Position numbers and translations under genes: made by a program
Assembly (NCBI GenBank): GCA_963765675.1
Contig: CAVXXK010000004.1
Coordinates: 64,001 to 128,000 of the forward strand
Length of the DNA stretch: 64,000 nt
Reading direction: 5' to 3'
From: an uncultured delta proteobacterium
Lineage (GTDB): Bacteria; Desulfobacterota; Binatia; Binatales; Binataceae
Part shown: piece after piece, positions 60,092-64,000 of the stretch
Layout: every line of letters starts with the position of its first letter
Numbering within the stretch: the first letter of the stretch is position 1
The notes under the pieces: generated by a model
Database searches by the model: none
Seen by the model: the letters and a program-made list of their open reading frames with translations, nothing else
What the model was told of the DNA's origin: nothing

Positions 60092-61099
60092 TCACACGCT
60101 GCGCAGCGCTTCGAGTTCGGTCGTGTAGCCTCGCTCGCGACTGATCAAATGCCGCGCGGTTTCGATCAGATAAATCCCGTCGAGCATTCCCCATCCTGAA
60201 AGCAGCACGTTGCATCCCGCTGAGAGCGCAGGATTCCCGGGACCGGCCAGCCGCGCGCTGAAGAACGACTGGTTATTGCGATTCAGCGCGGCGCTCGCGC
60301 GCAGTCCCGCCTGCGCCGCATTCTCGCATCGCGCGATTATCTTGAGCGTGTCGCCGGTCGGCGCTGCGGTAACTGCCGATGCGCTCTGCGCGATGAGTTG
60401 TTTGCCGGAGGGATCGAAATATGCTGCTGACGCCGCCGAATATATTCGCCGAGTGCGGTTGCGAAACTCGAAGCGCTCGAGGCCGCTGCGTACGATCGTC
60501 GCGATCGGCAGCGACGCCTGCAGTATTGCGTGCGCGTAAAATACCATTTGCGATCCGCGAATCGTGAAGTCGTAGCCAAATTCGTCTGCAAGCCGCCACA
60601 GGAATTCGAGATCGGTTTCGTCGCGTTGGGTCACGCGCGCGAATGCTACGTCCTCGACCTCGGGCGCGCTCACCAACCCAAGTCCATACTTGCCCGCGAT
60701 CGTCGCGGCGATCGCGAGCAGCGTCTGCCCCTCGTACGCGGCACTGTTGCGCGTGCGCATCGCGGGAGTCACATACGCCGCCAGGCATCGCAGCCGAAAT
60801 ACGTCGGGCGGCCCCGACAATTGCAGATCATCGACCTGAAACGCTCCGCACTCGAGGAGCTGACCGCCACTGTATCCGAGCAAGGCCTCGATACCGTCGC
60901 CGAGCGCCGGATACCACGGCCCCTGCCAGCGCTGCGCGTGATCTTCCACCTCAACGCACAGTTCGCCGGACCTCGCGCCGAGCCGATCGACATAACTGAT
61001 CGCTCGCACCATCGCGGAAATCTCACCCGAGATATTCACTCCCGCGTAATTGAGTATCCACTGAGGCGAACGGACTGAGTATGAAATAGCTGCGCTCAT
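60092..61099 (-). CDS. Baseplate hub protein, P2 gpD / late control D family
   Basis: ISYVD...SGEL.VEVED, LGY...CGAFQVD, TQRDETDLEFL.RLA.EFGY, GNPAL.AG, GYTTELE; ATGA overlap with gpX. Confidence 0.92.
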   Translation of the reverse strand: MSAAISYSVRSPQWILNYAGVNISGEISAMVRAISYVDRLGARSGELCVEVEDHAQRWQGPWYPALGDGIEALLGYSGGQLLECGAFQVDDLQLSGPPDVFRLRCLAAYVTPAMRTRNSAAYEGQTLLAIAATIAGKYGLGLVSAPEVEDVAFARVTQRDETDLEFLWRLADEFGYDFTIRGSQMVFYAHAILQASLPIATIVRSGLERFEFRNRTRRIYSAASAAYFDPSGKQLIAQSASAVTAAPTGDTLKIIARCENAAQAGLRASAALNRNNQSFFSARLAGPGNPALSAGCNVLLSGWGMLDGIYLIETARHLISRERGYTTELEALRSV

Positions 61100-61350
61100 G
61101 ACATGGTACCCGCCGCGCTCGAGGACGACGCGGTCTTCCATGGCGGCAGATCAGTGTTGTGCGAGTTGCTCGCACTTAGAACTGGAACCTGGATCACTAT
61201 TCCGGCCTCGAACACCGGTTCAATCGCCACCAGCGGATTAGCCATGATGATCGGATTGAAGCGCGTCGCGTCGCCATAAAACCTCCACGCGAGCAGGTCC
61301 CAGCGTTCGCCCGCGCGCGTGACATGCGCGATATACTGCGTCGCCGTCAT
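61096..61350 (-). CDS. Tail protein X (LysM-like)
   Basis: HVTRAGERWDLLAWRFYG...ANP...LPPW. Confidence 0.9.
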   Translation of the reverse strand: MTATQYIAHVTRAGERWDLLAWRFYGDATRFNPIIMANPLVAIEPVFEAGIVIQVPVLSASNSHNTDLPPWKTASSSSAAGTMS

Positions 61351-61935
61351 CGCGCCACGCTCCGCGTGATTGCCGCGGTCGAGATGTCACCCGGCTGCTG
61401 GATCGGAGGTGGCCGGCGCCGAAGGCGGCGGATTTCCGAGCAGAGCGCTAAGCCCGATCGGTGATAGCGACGCGGCTGGCGCGCTCGCGGTGCTTGAGCT
61501 GGATAGGAGGCCCAGCGGCGCGAAGTTGAGCAGGCCTGCAGCTCCTGGATCGAGCAGCGAATCGAGCGGCCACTGCTTGAGCCCGAGCCGCAGGCGAAGC
61601 GCGATCGGAGCGCCGCCTGCGTCGAGCTGCGCCGCGCGCGTCGTGATCGTCTCGATCACAAAGTAGCCGCGCAGAGTTCCGTTGCCGAGCACCAGCGGCA
61701 TCGCCTGATGAGTCTCGGCGGCAGCGCGCAGGGCAACCGCCTGAAGTTCGGGATTTGCGAGTGAGGCGTGCAGCAACAGGTCGAACGACAGCCGCTCGAG
61801 GCTGTCTCCCGTCCACTGGAGCCGCGGCTGCGCTTCGATTACCCGCTGCTCGGCGTAAACATAGCCGCGCTCGGACTCGATCCCCTCCGGCGAGCCGACC
61901 ACCTCAAACTGGATTGTGCCGAGTTCAGCAAACAC
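61347..61935 (-). CDS. Tube initiator GpU family protein; probable 1-base indel near 61400 (as written it stops at 61387)
   Basis: MFAELGTIQF, YAEQRVIEAQPRLQWTG, PLVLGNG...GYFVI; the alternative frame PGDISTAAITRSVAR* ends in an ATGA overlap with gpX. Confidence 0.85.
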
Positions 61936-61967
61936 TGTACTTTCTCCGAATAGCCACAATGCACTCG

Positions 61968-62258
61968 TCAGTCGGCGCGCGCGGCCGCTCCGCCGCCCTG
62001 ATTGTCGCGCCGGACCGAGGTGGCCGCTTCCACCCGCATCGGACGGCCCGCGAGCTCGGCGCCGTTGAGATCTTCAATCGCCGCCGCGGCGTCCTCGACC
62101 CGCGCCATTTCGACGAAACCGAATCCCCGCGAGCGCCCGTCGAAACGATCGCGCACGACCTCCGCGCGCTCGACGATACCTACTTTCGCGAACGCTTCGC
62201 GCAGCTCGTCGTCGCTCAGCCGAAAACTCAGATTGCCAACAAATAATCGCCCACTCAT
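61968..62258 (-). CDS. RRM (RNP-1) RNA-binding protein in the tape-measure position
   Basis: RNP2 LFVGNL and RNP1 RGFGFVEM; AAAGGA RBS; short Gly/Arg tail. Confidence 0.95.
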   Translation of the reverse strand: MSGRLFVGNLSFRLSDDELREAFAKVGIVERAEVVRDRFDGRSRGFGFVEMARVEDAAAAIEDLNGAELAGRPMRVEAATSVRRDNQGGGAAARAD

Positions 62259-62285
62259 CTGGCTACGTCCTTTTTCGATTCGCGG

Positions 62286-62459
62286 TCATTCTACGTCCAG
62301 TTCCGCCTCCCCTCCGCCGCCGGCGATTGCGCGCCGATAATCGCGGACCGCGCGGGTCCAGTATTCGAGTTCCGCAAAATCCATCGCCCGCAGTTCGGCT
62401 AGCGGAAATCCGAATCGGACAAGTCCCGCGAATCCGGCGGCGGAGGGAGCTGAAAATTT
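62286..62459 (-). CDS. -1 frameshift extension of the tail assembly chaperone (gpE'/lambda gpT analogue)
   Basis: Slippery A-AAT-TTT at 62459-62453; -1 frame reads SAPSAAGFAGLVRFGFPLAELRAMDFAELEYWTRAVRDYRRA. Confidence 0.75.
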   Translation of the reverse strand, partial: KFSAPSAAGFAGLVRFGFPLAELRAMDFAELEYWTRAVRDYRRAIAGGGGEAELDVE

Positions 62460-62752
62460 TCGCCGATCACCTCGGCCTGCAATGCCAGCACGTCGGCCAG
62501 CTCCATCGCGAGCACGTCTTCGTAAACGATCTTCCGTCCCGCGATCTCTGCCAGCTCTGCGACCAGCGCAAACACCACCGCGTTCGGATCGTCGCCGCCC
62601 GCCGCACGCTGCGCCCGCATCAGATCGCGCCCGTAGCCCTTGCGCACGATAGCCTGCTTGCCGGAGGGCAGCTCGAACGCGTGCGACTCGCCGCCGGCCG
62701 CGTCGCCACTCATTCCGATTACAACACCGTTCACTCGCATTTCTTCGGCCAT
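62399..62752 (-). CDS. Tail assembly chaperone (gpE/gp41-like)
   Basis: Directly after the tube gene; GRDLMRAQR...EDVLAMELADVLALQ pattern. Confidence 0.82.
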   Translation of the reverse strand: MAEEMRVNGVVIGMSGDAAGGESHAFELPSGKQAIVRKGYGRDLMRAQRAAGGDDPNAVVFALVAELAEIAGRKIVYEDVLAMELADVLALQAEVIGENFQLPPPPDSRDLSDSDFR

Positions 62753-62791
62753 CGCTCACCTCGCTTGTCGTTGGCGGCCCTGTCGAGCGCC

Positions 62792-63310
62792 TCAGCCGCC
62801 CAGGTTGCTGCGGAAATCGGAAAGCTGATCGACTCCGCCGACCACGTAAAGGTTTGCGAACACGTCGTAAAGATAAATCTGTACGCCCGCGACGTAGAGT
62901 TCCGCGTGATAAATACTCACTGCGGAAGTCGTCTCGACCATCTGATGCTGCTTGAATGCAGGCGCGCCGGCGTCCTTGAACACTCCCGTCATCAGGTAGA
63001 CGACAGGCAATTCGGCGCTGCGCCCCTGGCTCGTATACTGTTCCAGGTTGCCGCGCGTCTGGAACGAATGCGCGGTAAACGGGCTCGCGGCGAAGGTCAG
63101 CGCCTCGGCGTCAAACGACGCCCACTTGATCTTCGACTCGAGCTTGGCCACTCCTGCCCACAACTCCGCGGTACCGGCCATCCCGAGGCCCTTGTAGTCG
63201 ATCATCTTGTGCTTGGGATGCGCAATCTGGATTTCCTCAGCGCGGCCGAGCAGACCGACGCCGTCGATATAGATATTCGCATTAGTCAGTGAATTGATCT
63301 GGATATTCAT
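62792..63310 (-). CDS. Major tail tube protein (P2 FII-like)
   Basis: LTNANIYIDG..LLGRAEEI..., YKGLGMAG, YDVFAN.Y.VGGVDQL..FR.NLG. Confidence 0.93.
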   Translation of the reverse strand: MNIQINSLTNANIYIDGVGLLGRAEEIQIAHPKHKMIDYKGLGMAGTAELWAGVAKLESKIKWASFDAEALTFAASPFTAHSFQTRGNLEQYTSQGRSAELPVVYLMTGVFKDAGAPAFKQHQMVETTSAVSIYHAELYVAGVQIYLYDVFANLYVVGGVDQLSDFRSNLGG

Positions 63311-63322
63311 CCGCCGATACTC

Positions 63323-64000
63323 CTACGCGGTCGCGGAGGCGGTCGTGGTTTGCGGGCTGGTCTGACCGAGCTGCGACAGCAGGGTCGAGTCGATATAGCT
63401 CTGGAACGTGAGCCGCTCGGCCGGCGGCGGCGGCATCACGTCGATGTCGAAGACCAACTGCCCGGCGGCGACCTGGTTCGCGGGATTCTCCGCGGGATCG
63501 TAACTGGCCGAGCCCGCGACCAGCGCGCCGCGCTGGATCAGGCTGCGGATGAAGGCGTTGACGCTCGCGAGGATCGCCGTGATCAGCGCGTTCGAGATCG
63601 GCTGGTCGATAAACTGGAGCATCGAGAGCTGAATCGACTCCTCGATCACGTCCATCGTGCGCCGCACGTTGATAAAATTGTCCGGCGCGATGTCGGTCGG
63701 ATACGCCGCCGAGCGATTACCCCATACCCGCAGCCCGGTTCCGTACGCGTTGAACACGGTGACGATCCCTTGCGCGTTCAGGTTGTTCGAGTCCGATAGC
63801 GGATCGAGAATCGAAGAGTAGATGCTTACGTCGGGCCCCAGAATTCCCTCGACCTCGGTATTGGAAGGCGACCACCAATAGCCATTCGAAAGGTCCTTGG
63901 CCGCGATCGCGCCCGCCACCCATTGCGAATACGGTCCGACCGATGTTCCGGAATACGGCGTGGGAATCGGCGTACCGGCGGAAGTCAGCGTCACTCCCGT
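63323..64000 (-). CDS. Contractile tail sheath protein, C-terminal part (truncated by window)
   Basis: GYWWSPSN, LNAQGIVTV, GLRVWGNRS, FINVRRT.D.I, PPPPAERLTF. Confidence 0.96.
   Translation of the reverse strand, partial: TGVTLTSAGTPIPTPYSGTSVGPYSQWVAGAIAAKDLSNGYWWSPSNTEVEGILGPDVSIYSSILDPLSDSNNLNAQGIVTVFNAYGTGLRVWGNRSAAYPTDIAPDNFINVRRTMDVIEESIQLSMLQFIDQPISNALITAILASVNAFIRSLIQRGALVAGSASYDPAENPANQVAAGQLVFDIDVMPPPPAERLTFQSYIDSTLLSQLGQTSPQTTTASATA

Larger units (their letters stand above)
53011..64000 (-). other. P2/R-pyocin-like contractile tail gene cluster lacking a tape-measure gene (extends beyond window)
   Basis: Co-oriented, tightly packed sheath-tube-E/E'-RRM-U-X-D-V-W-J-I-fibre genes; ends convergent with murF with no integrase or lysis gene at that end. 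Confidence 0.85.

Noticed and set aside
53011-64000. Canonical T6SS or Afp/PVC-type eCIS
   Set aside because: The components are P2-like (FII tube, E/E', U, X, D, V); no TssJLM, TssK, ClpV or Afp15-type ATPase is visible in the window.

Overview
High-GC bacterial chromosome segment; gene content and repeat types suggest a Deltaproteobacteria-like lineage such as Ca. Binatota (inference only). Left to right: the 3' end of leuS; a class V aminotransferase-serA-purA run; an ethylmalonyl-CoA-pathway-like cluster (ccr divergent from MaoC-mcd-MaoC-mcl); an iscSUA-hscBA-iscX operon with two IscR-type boxes but no iscR; an orphan secF; trmI; a Tat-exported molybdoenzyme; PBP1b; arnC/arnA(formyltransferase)/arnD/arnT; pilW-like/rodZ; purE; murF. 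The last 11 kb (53011-64000, minus strand, truncated by the window edge) is a P2/R-pyocin-like contractile tail operon: sheath, tube, chaperone with a -1 slippery site, U, X, D, V, W, J, I and fibre genes. Its main anomaly is that no tape-measure gene is present and a 96-aa RRM RNA-binding protein fills that exact slot. The terminal tailspike-like gene encodes a Cys-rich protein with a Sec signal peptide, and no integrase or lysis genes lie at the visible boundary. This is the best candidate for an undescribed system. Several genes carry single-base indels that look like sequencing errors. Three families of palindromic intergenic repeats are present. No rRNA, tRNA or CRISPR array was recognised.
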